Shown here: positions 1 through 12,103 of the stretch, one piece after another | Numbering within the stretch: the stretch's first letter is position 1 | Layout of the letters: every line of letters begins with the position of its first letter | Assembly: GCA_030265395.1 (NCBI GenBank) | Contig: JARFYF010000094.1 | Coordinates: 71,901,628-71,965,627, forward strand | Length of the DNA: 64,000 bases | From: Rhina ancylostomus | Taxonomy: Eukaryota | Direction of reading: 5' to 3' | Position numbers and translations under genes: made by a program | Notes under the pieces: model-generated | Databases searched by the model: none | Seen by the model: the letters and a program-made list of their open reading frames with translations, nothing else | Told to the model about the DNA's origin: nothing

Positions 1-1188
1 TGGAGGGCTCCAAGGGCTATTCAAGCCTGATACATAAAGGCCAGTATGAACTGTTTGGGCTGAATAGCCTATATTCAGAATATACACATTATATATCCTA
101 GCATTAAATCAGCATTGCATGAGGATTGACATCACCAAGTGCCTAGCGTACACACTTACAGCATCTGCGTGAAATCCACTGTCTGCTGTACTATTCCATT
201 TTTCATATAGCATTTTTTAAAAATATATACTTGGGAACTGTGATTGAAATTAGAGGCAAAACACCAGCAGAAAATGTAATTCTTACTTCAGATTAGGAGT
301 AACAAACAGAAACACTTACACTATTGATAAACTTATATCTTAATCAGAAGTTTCATTTTTTTTCCTTGAGAATATATGATGATCATTTTAAAGATTTTAT
401 GACTGTTTTTTGTAACTACTCTCCATGTTAATTTCCAAATATAAAACTTTCCAACAATTTTGATTAACAAATAAATTTGATACATTCACAGGATCAAAGT
501 TATTATATGTTTTAAAATTAAAGAGCAACATATATGCTAATCCAAATTTCTTTTTGCCATACTTACTTTGCAAGTAGACACCTAAAAATGTTTTGTTTTA
601 GTGTTTTAATAATATTTCTACAAAGGAGGCTCTGATTTGGCTTCAAAGAGTATGGAATTTGAATAAAAAAGCAGGTACTTTCCTTATAATTTCAAAGGGG
701 CAAACTCAGCTGTATTCTACATTGCATAATGTGATTGAATTTGAAAGAACAAAACACAACTTTATTGCTGAAAAACATTTCTCACTATTCTTTTTGGCAT
801 TGAGGTATGAATATGTACAGAAGTATGCACACAATATGTACAGGATGAAAATCTTATTGAAAAAGGGATTACTTCCTTCCTTATTAATGCAGTACTAAGA
901 GTACATCACATTATCAGTGCTTTAAACATAAAAATGAATTTTTAGTTCAATATTACCAAAAACTGTAAGCAACACCACATGAACTAAAATCAATAATACA
1001 GGAAATTGACAAGGGAATGACAAGCAATATTAAATGGAGCCAGTTCTGAAGTAGGCAGCAGGAGTATATGCAGCTTGCAGCAGTGCACATCATGCTGTCC
1101 AGTGGTCTCACACCTAGGATGTTCATAGCTGAGAGGTGNNNNNNAATCATTAAAAGCTAGCCTGCAAATCTTAAAGGGGAAGTGCATC

Positions 1189-1467
1189 ATGGCCTTTGCA
1201 AATGCTGAAAGTCACTGTGCAACTCATTCTGATAAGGAAAATGATGAAATATTAGGACCGAATGGGAAAGAACAGTTCCAATCAATTCCTGATGCTGCAT
1301 TAGAGGACTTATGGAAGGAAACAGAGAGATATGATCTATCCATACAGTGGATACCCTTCAGAAAACCTCGGATGTAGTGAGAATGTATAATTATGCAGGT
1401 CAATGCAAGGAATCAAGCCCCAGGGACCAGGATAGAGTGTCCCATAAAGTTAAATGAATTCACGTTG
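1189..1467 (+). mobile_element. Decayed Myb/SANT-like (trihelix) gene fragment of a PIF/Harbinger DNA transposon
   Basis: One frame reads ..IPDAALEDLWKETERYDL...RKPRM**ECIIMQVNARNQAPGTRIECPIKLNEFT, matching the (F)SD.ALE.L...W..IA.QVNA....RT..QC.KKFNDL pattern; two stops. Confidence 0.6.
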
Positions 1468-2100
1468 TCAACACTGATCAATGCATCTTAAATATGATCT
1501 ACCACCATTATCGCAATAGCCTCATCAGTAGCTCAATCATTCCCTCACATCTACCAATGATCCCAATCAATCAGGATTCACATCTAGCATTCACACTCGT
1601 ATCATAGCTGAAGACTTCACACTCAGCTCATAGCCTACACACACCAGTGGCTATTTGACCAGGGCAGGCATATTACCCAAACATTATATAACATTATGAC
1701 ACTCACAACAGGACTTTACATAAATGAAGACAGCAACAGCTAACCAGCTGGTAGATAAGACACATCCGCTTCTTCCTATTACCAGAAGCGAGATGATGCT
1801 CACTATTGGAAAGGTTGAATATAGATTCTATTCTCACACTTCTCTTTCTGAAATCACACCTCCCCCTCATCTCTTGATCTCTTCCAATATAGAAGCTACA
1901 GTTTATGTAAGCCGGCACCTCTAATATCCCTTTGCCACCCCATTCCACTCACTATACCCTAACCCATGGGTTTTATTCCTTTTAGGTACCCAAGAACTAC
2001 AGGCTGTCTGGACAATGATGGAAGAGCAAAGACAAGGAAAGTGAGAAGATGGTGGTCATGAAGAACAAGCCAAATACCAGTAATTAAGAGGATAGTTTAA

Positions 2101-2392
2101 GATATCTTTATTGGTCACATGTACATCGAAACACAGAGTGAAATGCATTTTTTTTTGCATAGAGTGTTTGAGGGGCAGCCCACAAGTGTCACCACGCTTC
2201 CGGTGCCAACATAGCATGCCCATAACTTCCTAATCTGTGTGTCTTTGGAATGTGGGAGGAAACCAGAGCACCCGGAGGAAACCCACGCAGACACGGGGAG
2301 AGCATACAAATTCCTTACAGACAGCAGCTGGAATTGAACCCAGGTCACTGGCGCTGTAATAGCATTATGCTAACTGCTACGTTACCATGCCC
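2101..2392 (-). mobile_element. tRNA-derived V-SINE (HE1-like)
   Basis: Reverse strand has a tRNA-like head and the V-domain GCGTGGGTTTCCTCCGGGTGCTCTGGTTTCCTCCCACA. Confidence 0.85.
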
Positions 2393-2692
2393 GTGGGTTC
2401 TTGGTGAGACATGGAGACAGTTGTACAAATAACATTCCTCTGAATGGCAAGATTGCGCACCAATGGTGAATCTTGACCCTACTCTGCAAAGTACTACAGG
2501 TCTCTTCCAGTATGAACTGAGTAGTAATAGTGTTTGTTCAGCATGCTAATTTTATACCTTATGTTCTGCCATATAACTGGTGGATCACTTGTCCCTCAAA
2601 TAACTACTTATTTCATTTGTCAGGGTGACTCAAATACTGATGCAAACTGTATAATTGGATTTGTTTCTAGTTTGGAAATGAAAAAGAGAACA

Positions 2693-3253
2693 GTGGTCAG
2701 ACCCCACTGGGAGTACTGTGCTCAGTTCTGGCCTCCTCACTACAGGAAGGATGTGGAAGCCATAGAAAGGGTGCAGTGGAGACTTACGAGGATGTTGCCT
2801 GGATTGGGGAGCATGCCTTATGAAAGCAGGTTGAGTGAAATCAATCTTTTCTCCTCAGAGCGAGGGAGGATGGGGGTGACCTGATAGAGGTGTGTAAGAT
2901 GATGAGAGGCATTAATCATGTGGATTGTCAGAGGCCTTTTCCCAGGGTTGAAATGGTTGCCACCAGAGGACACAGGTTTAAGGCACTGGGGAGTAGGTAC
3001 AGAGGAGATGTCAGGGATAAGTTTTTTACTCAGAGAGTGGTGAATGCGTGGAATGGGTTGCCGGCAACGGTGGTGGAGGCGGACACGATAGGGTCTTTCA
3101 AGAGACTTTTGGACAGGTACATGGAGCTTAGAAAAATAGAGGGCTATGGGTAAGCCTAGTAATTTCTAGGTCAGGGACATGTTTGGCACAGATTTGTGGG
3201 CCAAAGGGCCTGAATTGTGCTGTAGGTTTTTGATGTTCTATGTTCTATGTTCT
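2693..3253 (+). mobile_element. CR1-clade LINE 3' end, relatively young
   Basis: VRPHWEYCAQFWPPHYRKDVEAIERVQ..TRGH..FFTQRVVNAWNGLP, then 3' UTR and (ATGTTCT)n tail. Confidence 0.92.
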
Positions 3254-4139
3254 AAACAGATATTTTAGGACCCTTCTAGGATTAATTTCACCAATGGATA
3301 TGAATTGGTTTTTGGACTTTGAGTTAAGAATTAATTTAAGAATGGCTGATTAATTATTATCCCTTGGAGAAGCTAGTGCTCTCATCTATGGCTTGCATTG
3401 ACAGGTACATATGATGTGGTGCTGGGATGGTGCACTGCTATGTGCACATCTGATTGACTGTGAGGGAGGCAAGTAGCTCTGGAAATGCATGGTGAGCTTG
3501 TGCTGAGATTACAGCTACTGAACAGCATATTGTGAAATGGTTATGAGAGAGACCGAGAAAGAGAGAGAGAAAAAAATAGTACATATGTGTAAGTAAAAGC
3601 TGCTAAATATTAAGTAAGCAGCAGTGTCTCTTTAAGAAGCTGTGTGAATACAGGAGCTGTGTGAGACTATATACTCTCTCTTTCATTTGTTCTTTAGTAG
3701 TGTGTTAAAGTTTTATTTCACTGTGAAAATACACCTTATTTCTAATTTTACAGTTATTTGCAGTAGGAAGAAAATACAAGCCTGGATTCTGTTTGTCTCC
3801 TTGTTTTAAGCTTTCTTGTTTCAATGTCATTTTTCAGCTTCTTTCTCTTTCCTTTCCTCTTCACAAATGTTGATTTGAAAAGTATTGGACAGACTCAGAC
3901 TGAAATTCCACAATGGTCATGTGTAATTACAGTCAACTGGGGATTATGTGGGAATATCAAGTTCTGGATATGAGATGTACATTCACACATTTTAATAAAA
4001 ATTGGAAGGACTGGATTGATAAATTAGGAAGTAGTCTGAGTTTACTGGGGCAGAATCTCAGTGCTTACTGCCTCAACAATTTTTTAGGGTATTAGCCCTA
4101 ATTATGAACTCTCTTACTTTGAATATAGCTGAAAAGATA

Positions 4140-4722
4140 GATGAACTAAAAGGAAGGCCACATGGTTGCCATGTGTGATGAAATGCTTTGATAAGTGATA
4201 TCTCCCATGACTAGTGGTGGTGAAGTTTAGGAAGAAATGTTGCGTGATTTTGCCAACAGTGTATTTCTACCATGACCCAAGTATGAATGTCCCCCAACCA
4301 CAACCCAGGGACCTGAGAAGTAATTACAGATCAGCTTCACTGGATCCTTGCCAAAGTCAGCAGGGAAGTGATATTGTCCAGTAATTATTGATCAGTTCAC
4401 ATGGCAGATGAAACCTTTGCTATACTTAACTGTACAGTGGAGATGGTTGTGTACATACCGGCTGAAGAGGTGATACTGTGGTGGGGAGTCCCGCTTCAAA
4501 TAGACTCTGACCAAGGTGTCTATTTCACAGGCCAGTATGTTAAGATAAAATGTAAGCTGATAGGCATTAAACAATGTTCCACATCCTATATCACCCCCAG
4601 CATTCTGGTATGGTAGAAGGAATGAACCGGACATCAAAGATCTCATTTGCTGAGGCCATCCAGGAGACAGGTCAATCATGGGCCAAGGTGGTTCAAGTCG
4701 TCGTGATGAAAGTCAGGGGAAC
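4140..4722 (+). mobile_element. Degenerate retroviral/LTR-element integrase (rve core)
   Basis: LQISFTGSLPKSAGK*YCPVIIDQFT / WWGVPLQIDSDQGVYFTG / HILYHPQHSGMVEGMNRT across frameshifts; upstream WW..CQQC zinc-finger remnant. Confidence 0.8.
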
Positions 4723-4744
4723 GAAGCAAGCAGTACACCAGAGG

Positions 4745-4865
4745 CAGGGATTACTTAGGAAGGATGAGTTAGGGACTCCACTGGGATTAGGCATCAGAGT
4801 CGGCATGGAGTCGGTGGGCTGAAGGGCCTGTTTTCCTGTTTTGTGCTGTACAATGCTATGATCTG
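4745..4865 (+). mobile_element. CR1/SINE 3' tail truncating the integrase
   Basis: ggcatggagtcggtgggctgaagggcctgtt..tgtgctgta, the tail shared with other CR1 copies. Confidence 0.6.
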
Positions 4866-6734
4866 ACTGAGAATGCTTTTTGTAGNNNNNAAGGCAACTT
4901 TACACACACTGAGTTCTGTGATAAGATTGATTCAGAACCAAAATAATCTGACACAGATTCTTGATTGAGAATCTCATGATTTATCTGGCAAACTCAGACT
5001 AACAACAGATTGTAACTGTAAACTCAAAGAAAAAGGCTTGAAAACCTGACACAAGAAATAATTCCAGATTATTTTATCATTGCCATAACTGGTGAGAAGA
5101 TATGATTAACCAGTAACATTAGAAGCACAGCACTAGTTTAAAAAATTTAAAATCCTCCCAAGTACAAGCATAAAAAAGCAGCTTGTACACCTTAGCATCC
5201 ATTGCTGCCAGATAGGTCCCTGGGTGAAAATGATTTTAAACATTATTCAGTAAACCAAAACTTAAGTTAAAACTTTTATATGGTCTGAGATATTTAAGGA
5301 AAACAATTAAAAGTATAAATACATGGGGCTGGAAATCATCTTACATTCTCTTAATGGCATTAAAATAACTTTCTGCATTACCTTAACAATGTCATAAAAG
5401 TTGCATGAAGACCAGGATCTTTAATTGCAAGGTTCACAGAACAGTGTTGACAGGTTCCCACACTGCCACACCGGAACTGACAGTGTAGGCATTAGTGTGG
5501 CATTTCCTTTTGATCTGGTGCAGTTAGCTGCTGGCCTTTAGTCTTGCAGGCATGGTCTCTGCAGCCAGCTCCTATGGAGACATTCAACAATACAAACAAT
5601 GATCTTTCAGCCACAGGGTGGTGTTGCTGCTGAATAAATAGATGCTGCAATGAAGGGATGAGGAAGGTGATGGGGGAGTTCCCTCAGGCATCAGAGGGAA
5701 CTGCACATGCCAGTGAAGAACTATGCCCTGAGGAAGCATGTTCTTTTTGCTAGGGGCCCATGAAGACTTCACAGGGCTGCAGCTGGGCACTTCTGACAAG
5801 AAGTTGCCTGGGAGGTCTCTGGAAAGGCACAAGTCAAGTCTCATGAACCCCAGCAATTTTGGGAAGCCTAAAGTGCCCATAAAAAGGAGTTTGGGTGACC
5901 TTTCTAATGCAGCAATGAGCAGCAAATTGTGAGATGTAGCAGAGATTAGCAGCAATAGCATGAAATGATTCTGAAGCGAGGAAGATGATCGGGATAGGTG
6001 GTGATCTTGACTTGCACAGTCAAAGCGTTCCACGCCTGTTTGCAATGCAATGTTTGGCACCACCAGTCGCACGTTGCAGTGAAGACGAACCGTTACAGAG
6101 GAAGTAAGGTTAATAAAGACATAAATGGCATAATAAAACCTAGTTATCCATGAGTCCAGTAAGAACTTCTTTTTTATACTGGTGAGCTTGAAATGTCACC
6201 GTAGACAAATTTTGCGCAATGCTCTTATATTCACATCCTTTGGAATTAGTTGAATAAAATTGCGAGATCAAATGAAAATTTCACAATAATGCAACAAAGA
6301 AACTCAAAGATATGTGTAAAATTGCTCTCCTCTAGGTAAAGCTAATTTTTAACAACGTGCACCATTTTATTAGGAGCTGTGTGACTGAATTTAGGGGCCA
6401 CAGTGTCTACACACTCAATGTACTTAAGGAAACAAAAGCGTGGGGGTGGAACTCAGATGGTATTTAAAACCCAAGGGTTTCGACAAAGTGGTTTATCATC
6501 CCAGTTGAATTCTGCATTTAAATTCTAGCTTGTAGATCATCCTCATTATTTGTTTCACCTTTATATATCCACTTAGAAAGAAGTCTGGTGATTATAGTGC
6601 CCCATCATTATCAAGATTGAATATATGTGATTTATGGTTCTGCTATTTTTGATAGTAAGCATAGTATTTTCAGCAATGACTTGTAAAATACGTTTCTAAA
6701 AGTTCCCAATATATTTACTCAAAATTTTACATAT

Positions 6735-6740
6735 TTTATT
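6735..6740 (-). terminator. Distal AATAAA poly(A) signal candidate (3' UTR about 480 nt)
   Basis: tttatt on + strand at the end of an AU-rich repeat-free stretch, which also holds TGTAAATA (Pumilio-type) at 6832-6839. Confidence 0.5.
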
Positions 6741-7172
6741 TAAAAACATTGTTATTTTACTGTTAAGTTCATTTCATCAGTATGTCCATTTAACTTCACT
6801 GTAAAAGGCCTATTTTACACATGAATGTCAATATTTACAGTTAAAATAGCCAAAAGGTTATAAAATACCAATATTTCCATTTAAAACAGTACTAGCAAAC
6901 AAAATGTTAGATATGAAATAGTTTACTGGGAGCACTGTACATTCATACAGTATCTATTATACATATCCAATGGTATAATAAAAGTCACAGAACAATAAAA
7001 AATGTAAATAGTGCAGATATTGCTGGAATGTTGCAAGACAAATTACAAGCTGACTTTGTAACGCTAGTTTGCAATTGTAACTTCAGGATAATAAAACAAT
7101 TTTTGTACATTATACATTTAATTTGTAGCTTCTAACATTTCCAGTGCTAGAAATCTGACAATTTTATAGTAG

Positions 7173-7178
7173 TTTATT
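7173..7178 (-). terminator. Proximal AATAAA poly(A) signal candidate
   Basis: tttatt on + strand, 15 nt after the stop codon. Confidence 0.4.
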
Positions 7179-7193
7179 GAAGAGAAACTGGTG

Positions 7194-7319
7194 TTATTCT
7201 GAGTTCGATGTCACTGTTACTCCTGGTAAATGGTTGGAGGTGGTAGTTCTACTGATTACTCTGAGCACGTGCTGCCGTTCCATTCCTTGCTGTTTTGTCA
7301 CATCCTCCCCGTATACAAC
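7194..7319 (-). CDS. DOCK10: DOCK10 terminal coding exon
   Basis: cag|VVYGEDVTKQQGMERQHVLRVISRTTTSNHLPGVTVTSNSE*, TAA at 7194-7196; RVIS..T..LP.V resembles the DOCK10 C-tail. Confidence 0.88.
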   Translation of the reverse strand, partial: VVYGEDVTKQQGMERQHVLRVISRTTTSNHLPGVTVTSNSE

Positions 7320-7479
7320 CTGTTCAACAAATGAGAATGAAAGTATCTTTTTACTTGGTGATAATACCGTTATATATTAGCAGACACTTGGTGAGGAGGA
7401 AATGGCATGCTGCTCTCCAATGAACTCAAATCATTTAAGTAAATTAGGCAGAGGCAGCAAATTCCCATTTTGCAAAACA

Positions 7480-7875
7480 CCACTGTTCAGTCTACAAGGA
7501 CGACCCTGAGTTTCCAGTTGCTTGTAATTTTGATTCTCCATCGTAGTCCCACTCTGATCTCTCTGTCTTTGAATTCCTACAGTGTTCCAACGAAGCCTGA
7601 TGCAAGGATTAAAATCTCATTTTCCTCAGGGCTTGACATTGAAATCAACAATTTCAACCAACCAACCTCTCCAGTATGCTTCAGAACTGATTGGTTCTGT
7701 TGTAAGAGTAAGCAATGCTAGGACTGCTTGGCAGGCATCTTTTCAGGAATAAGGAGGGGACTGTTTTCCCAGGGCATTAGCTCTGATCCATTAATGCTGG
7801 ATTGCCTGCTGAGAGTATCAAGAATTTTCTGTTTTTTTTTCCAAATTTCCAGGATCCGCAGATTTTTGTTTTTCA
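7480..7875 (+). mobile_element. Penelope-like element 3' remnant
   Basis: Decayed GL.IE.NNF terminus (ttgacattgaaatcaacaatttca) followed by the atgctgg..cctgctgag..ttttctgttttt terminal motif. Confidence 0.5.
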
Positions 7876-8598
7876 ATCTTTGCCCATTTCTGATACAAAT
7901 GATGTAAATGTTATGAATGAAATGTCTCATAATGCAGTAACTGAAGCTTCAAATGCATAATGCAGATACCATAAAATAAAATGTTTCTACAGATCACCTC
8001 ATGTGTGAGTTTCCTGGAGCAAATGTCTTGAGCATTTTTGTAAATTGATAGTTTGATTGTAAGCTCGGCACTTTGTAGCAAGGCTATCCACAGATAACAT
8101 AATGTCATGGTAGCAAATATAACTATATACCCATACAGATATAACTATATACCTATAAAGATAACAGCTATTTCATCATAGCCCTGTTCTACTCGTAATT
8201 GATTGAACATGCATGTTTAGTGGCAAGTAATATTTCCTTATTAAAATTAAGTTAAATGTATTCACTGATAACAATGATAAATCTTTACTCACACAACTCA
8301 AGTTGCTTTGTTGACAGCTGAATTTTTAAATACATAAAATCATACCATCTAAATGTTAAATGTAAAGAAACATTATTTCCAATGCTATAACTTGTATTGA
8401 ACTGCTGTTTGAAAGTGAGTAATGTCAGAAGATTCACTGCATTCTTGTAATGTGACTTTTATTTTTGGATAATCATTAAATTAACAAATAAACATGAAAA
8501 AAAGAAGTTGAAGTACAAATCCATGNNNNNNNNNNNNNNNNNNNNNNNNNNNNNNNNNNNNNNNNNNNNNNNNNNNNNNNNNNNNNNNNNNNNNNNNN

Positions 8599-8646
8599 AA
8601 TAGACTGAGAAGAGTAGAAACTCGAGAAAGTGAAAGCAGAATTCAG
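8599..8646 (-). CDS. DOCK10: Candidate alternative penultimate exon of DOCK10 (3' part lost in gap)
   Basis: Strong acceptor tttttatttctctctggcag|CTGAAT.. encoding LNSAFTFSSFYSSQSI; runs into N gap 8526-8598. Confidence 0.5.
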
Positions 8647-10325
8647 CTGCCAGAGAGAAATAAAAATACATTAACTGTATTCTATTGATGCTCAAATATC
8701 ATATTACAACTAGCTGGATGTTTAAATCATTTAAAAAATATATAATCTTGCCCCTTGCAAAGTCTGTATTACCAATTATCAAATAAATGTGAGAAATGCA
8801 GGAGCTCAACTGAATATCTCTGCATCATCTTCGAACATTTATTTATGCCTGCAGTTCTGGATTTCAGTGCCAAAAACATTTATCAAACCACTTTCCCTTA
8901 ATCATTTTCTGAGGCACAATTCCTGCAAGTAGTGTACAGATATTTCACTTCCTGGGTTCAGAATGTAAACTAAAGCGATTAATGCCTTTTCTAGAATTTA
9001 GATCTGCCAGTCACAAAGAAATAAGACACAATGTGCCCAGTATACTTGGTGATTTCTTGTCTTGCTATTGACAAAGTGCAAGAGTACAGAAAATACCTGT
9101 ACAGATGATGCAAATGACATGTACATATTTGCCATATTCTTGCACTCTTCTAAAACATACTTGGCAAAAGAGAAGGTAAGTAATGCATGTTCATTAATAA
9201 AGAATTAATTTTGCTTTTAATTTTAAAGTTACAAATATTCTTAGATTTATCATCAGTGCAGTCATGTCTAAAACTTTATTCATTACAGTTTAGTAGTCTG
9301 TACCAAATGCTGTACAAACATTACAGCTGAATTGACTAAGCAAAGCACTGAATTAAAAATAGTCTGCTAGCTTTGAATACCAGTTTGAACAGAAAAGTAG
9401 ATACACAGTATTTATATAGCTTGTACTTCCCTTAAATTGAATTATATTAATAGGTGATGTTGAAATTGATGGAAGAAATCGATGACTGCAGTACATAATA
9501 CCTGCCTCCTCAATAAAACTGTCATTAGTTGAATAAATAATCAATAAGTCAAAGGAGTAAACAGAAACATGCATGGGATTAATTTGTGTGAATCAAGAAA
9601 CATTTGTATACTTTAGGCTGGATCCATTCATTTAAGGTTGATGGGTGGAAAATCTAAAGGAGCTGGTGGTGTTTTTCATGTGGAAACCATCCAGTTTGCA
9701 CTTAAAACTGATGGCTGGAGATGCCAAATAATAACATGTGCAATGGAAGTGATCACCTATTGGCAAATTCCCACCATGGATAATTGTTTAGATTGCCTTG
9801 ATCTAGACCAAGAGCTCTCATTGAAAACAGCTGGGACTGAATTCCATTTGGGGGTCAGATAGTGCAGTAATGATTCTAAGCATTCTGCCTGACAAAGACC
9901 ATATCCTGTCCTCGCCCACAAGCCAAGGAATTATTAGGTGCATTTAATGGAAAGTGTTTGGAGGTTTTAGCCACATTTTTATGGGGGTGCTTTCAGGTTA
10001 TGAGCTATAAAGGCTTCCAGCTTTGACTGTGGCTGTTGAAGGTTCTGCAGAAAAACTACCTGCTGCTTTTATGTCTGCTTTTTAACTCTTGACAACAACC
10101 TGTTGCAATCCTTCACAGTTATTTGCACTTCCTGATTTCCCATCTCCAGAACTGGCTATTTGTTATAATAACAATAATTTAAAGCATTATGCTCAAAATA
10201 CTGTGAGAATCCGAAGCATCCTCTTTGCAGCCACCATCCCTGACGTTAATTCCAGGCAGATTTGTGGCAGGATGAGTGAGCAGTGCAAATTACCAGATGG
10301 CATGATTTACGAAAGTAATACCAAC

Positions 10326-10464
10326 CTGCTCATTCATGACTGTAGACAACTCACTGAGTAGATCTCTGTAGTGAGATTTCATCTCTTCCTGGTATTCTAA
10401 TTGGTCTTCTTTAATAAGCCGTTCATTAACCTCCAGAGCATGCCCGCATGCAGCTGCAAATTGT
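10326..10464 (-). CDS. DOCK10: DOCK10 exon (end of DHR-2)
   Basis: cag|(R)QFAAACGHALEVNERLIKEDQLEYQEEMKSHYRDLLSELSTVMNEQ|gttgg, 139 nt, phase 2-0. Confidence 0.96.
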
Positions 10465-11341
10465 CTGTGCAGTCAAGATCAAAAACAAAATTACTGAGCT
10501 AATTACTAATTTTTTCTCAATGACTTCTGGTATATCTTCAATGATCTAATAGCATTACAAACAAGCAACTAAATGTTTCAAGGCAACTATGAGGGATTGG
10601 GATTATAACTCCACAAGAAAGTTAATGAGATCCTATAAAATTTTATGAACAACAAAATATTTGCTAGTTTTATTGAGAAAAAGAAGTGACACTAAAGCAG
10701 GTTGTACAATATGAACAACTTAGAAAGTTTGATAGGAGGCAAAACTAAGAGAAGCAATAAATATTGGACAGGAAAATGGAGGTGCCAGTTCCACTGCTGA
10801 CAGCCATACAGATGCAATTCTGTACACATTGTATCTACATTTTGTGTGTAAACCTGACACAAAGGATATAATTCTATCATAGGAACTGCCAACATCTGAC
10901 TACCACAGCCACTGGCTCTACAATGCACTACACCCAATTTTTAGGCATTCTGGGCAGACGGTTAACACAGGAATTAATCTCTTTGAATCAGATAACTTGA
11001 GGCATAACATATGCTGAGGGTGCCCCTTCTGCAGCAGCCCAGGGGTAGGATTTTGTGTGGCCAAGAGAAACAGAAGTGCTCCCAAATTCTGCTGGAGTCA
11101 TTATTGATTCACTCCCCAGCTCTGCTCTGCTGAGATTTACATGACAACCACTGATGTGAAGACTAGTGCCCCAAAATTGATTTGCATCACTTCATCCTCA
11201 TCCATGTTTGATGTAACATTCCAAATCAGCATATACTATATCGCTTCATTGTTGCTGAATTACTCAAGTCTTATGCTACTTACCAGTATATTATAANNNN
11301 NNNNNNNNNNNNNNNNNNNNNNNNNNNNNNNNNNNNNNNNN

Positions 11342-11905
11342 GGAAAGACTTAGCAAGTTAGGCAATATCTGTAGAGAAATGTCAGTGATCTTAAACATTA
11401 ACTCCTTTTCTCTGTCCACAGATGCTGCCTGACCTGCTGAATATTTCCCAACACTACGTGTCCTTTTTTCCCCCAGATTTCCAGCATCTGCAGTTTTTGT
11501 TTGCTTTTCAATATGATGCAAGTCATCTTGGTTGCTTTCCTTACCCTTTCAAACTAATTATTCCCACTTTCTAACATTCTAAAATATTTAGTTGGTTACT
11601 AGAGAAACAAGGGACTGCAGATGCTGGAATCTAGATGAAAAACATTATGATGCTGGAGGAATTCAGCAGGCCGGGCAGCAACTGTGGAGAAAAGCAGGCA
11701 GTCAATGTTTCAGGTCAGGACCCTTCTTCAGGACAGTTACTGTTTGACCGACGATGGAGCTGTCCAAGGAACCTTAGATCCTAATACTGTTTCAGAGTAT
11801 TTTTCATTTCAAGTCAACAGCACCGGGGGAAAAGAAAAACAAACAGCAGATGTTGAAACAGTTAGTATTTTAGTTCAGAATCCTTCATCAGAACTAGGTT
11901 GAAAG
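11342..11905. repeat. Cluster of Penelope-derived terminal repeats in both orientations
   Basis: cacagatgctgcctgacctgctga..ccagcatctgcag and reverse copies; CTGAAGA..GAAAC core on the - strand at about 11700-11733. Confidence 0.7.
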
Positions 11906-12103
11906 AAAAACATTTTTGGTTGGAAAAAAGGTGGGGAAGGATGGGTAGAGCAAAGGAAATAGCTTTGATGGGGCGAGTCCAATTGGGATAATGGGTGTTT
12001 CTGGGGGAATCAGGTCAATTCAATTCTAATCAGGAGAGTGTTTCAGAGTAACCAAGAAAATTAATCTTTAGAAGTTTAATATTAAACTTGCCAAGATGCT
12101 TAC

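Noticed and set aside
5584-6072. 162-aa minus-strand ORF
   Set aside because: No recognisable domain, no ATG start and no splice pattern; likely a chance ORF in decayed repeat sequence
9097-9149. 53-nt AG/GT-bounded segment in the last intron
   Set aside because: Moderate splice signals, frameshifting, no supporting homology
9502-9518. 17-nt segment encoding FY-stop
   Set aside because: Poor pyrimidine tract; nothing beyond AG/GT supports it
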